Of a DNA stretch of 64,000 nt, positions 62,607 through 64,000 are shown piece by piece; position 1 is the stretch's first letter, and each line of letters starts with the position of its first letter. Source of the DNA: Somniosus microcephalus (Eukaryota). The notes beneath the pieces were generated by a model. That model ran no database searches. It worked only from the letters and a program-made list of their open reading frames with translations, and was not told the DNA's origin. Position numbers and translations under genes: made by a program. The DNA lies in NCBI GenBank assembly GCA_052327205.1, contig CM126205.1, positions 243,412,001 to 243,476,000 on the forward strand, read 5' to 3'.

Positions 62607-64000
62607 TAGGCCTTGATCTGAAACTGTACTCTTCCATATTCTCAGACATGCTGCAGCAACTTCCTAGGCAGGCTGTCCAATACCCCCAACAACTCCTGGT
62701 GCATATCAAGCAGTTTCCTTTTGTAGGCTGGTCCTCTAAAGTCTACAGGCTGAATTTTAACCTGCAGGAGTGTGTGGGTTTGGGAGCGGGAGGGTGGTTA
62801 AAACTAGTGAAATTGACAATGCTGGACACCATTTATGAAAGTGAACAGAAAATATGTATCTCTATGCCTCTGCTAATGCCACTTCAGTCAGTCACTATAA
62901 CAGCATGAAAGCAACACCTGTAGACCCAGCTTTCCTACCTACTCAGGAAGCGCCTCACTTTTCCTTATTAGTCCAATTATGATTATGAAATCATTACATG
63001 GGAATACGTCAACGTACCAACAAACATGTACCTCTTTTTTTAAAAGCTGAAATGGTAAACACCATTACAATATTTTGATCTTGGGTCTTTAAGGCAGAAT
63101 CTATTGCAGGTCAGATTTGGAGGAATTTTCTGTTCTGTAATGATTAAAATTCAAATCAATTGTAACCATTACAGTAACTGCAAAAGGTCTTAATCTACTT
63201 CCTGTGAAATGAAGATAAGCCTGAATTTCCAGCAGTAAAATGTAATGACTAGGACACAAGTCCTGCATACCAAGCCTTGAAAGAGGATTGATTTTGGACA
63301 GAAATCCATTTTATTGCTAGTAGCCAAAATAGCTGCTGGTATTAAGTGATATTGAAGTGACGATTATGTCCAATATCTAAATTAAGCTGATAAAGTCAAC
63401 ATCTTTGCTAGTCAAGCTACAATGCAAGTTCCCTCTAGAATAAGTAAAAGTTGAAGGACATAAAAGGGAAAAAGGATTAAACACACATACAGCACATTTG
63501 CCATTGCCTTGACATTCAGCAATATAATGACAGTTTTCTTGTTCCTTTCTCTTCCACTACAACTTACATTCCCAAAACACAACACCCTTCTGAAAAGTAA
63601 GCATGGGCTAGTAATATTGTACCAGTTATTGGGAAATATTTACAACCCTTCACCATTACGGATACACAGCAAAACTAAATCACACTTCTTTTTCTGCAAA
63701 AACAAGTCTGTATATGTCATCAGGCTTCACCAACTACTGAGAGACACTTCAGCGGAATGCATTCAAAGTAAAAGAATAGTACTTTTTCCACTGTGATTGT
63801 TATCATATCAAACACAGCACCAGTTGTGGTCTGGGATTGCTTTCCCAGAAATTGAATAGAAACTTCCCAAAACAAAGTTCTATGATGCAATGACTTGTAA
63901 TAATCAGAGTCTAAATGAGTTACAGAACTTTAATTGAAAGTCTTTGCTTACTTTTAAACACTTCCAAATTTTCCAGCTTGCATGTTTAATTATTTTACAA

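Overview
Vertebrate genomic DNA, most likely a cartilaginous fish (inferred from the repeat mix of CR1, L2, RTE, Penelope and Harbinger MITEs, not from a database match). The one host gene I can support is the first coding exon of AGPS (peroxisomal alkylglycerone-phosphate synthase) on the minus strand at 33460-33288. It lies in a CpG island and has a PTS2 motif and a phase-2 GT donor. Bases 1-33287 look like its intron 1; I did not find exon 2 in the window. The rest is mostly transposable elements: many CR1/L2-group LINE pieces, a Penelope element with minimal hammerhead motifs, a non-autonomous Helitron, and hAT and Harbinger MITEs. Upstream of AGPS is a ~22 kb nested stack. Its scaffold is a decayed DIRS-type element, interrupted by a Harbinger (itself holding an RTE LINE and a 2.3 kb 15-bp satellite), a CsRn1-clade Gypsy, an L2 piece, a Mag-clade Gypsy, a CR1 and a MITE. 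The most unusual observations are a ~480 bp inverted duplication of intron sequence at the 5' end of a CR1, a Gypsy lacking a polypurine tract with odd LTR starts, a codon-phase satellite in a transposase N-terminus, and hammerhead motifs on the AGPS sense strand. I cannot establish a new biological system from sequence alone. Boundaries of old repeats are approximate, read by eye.
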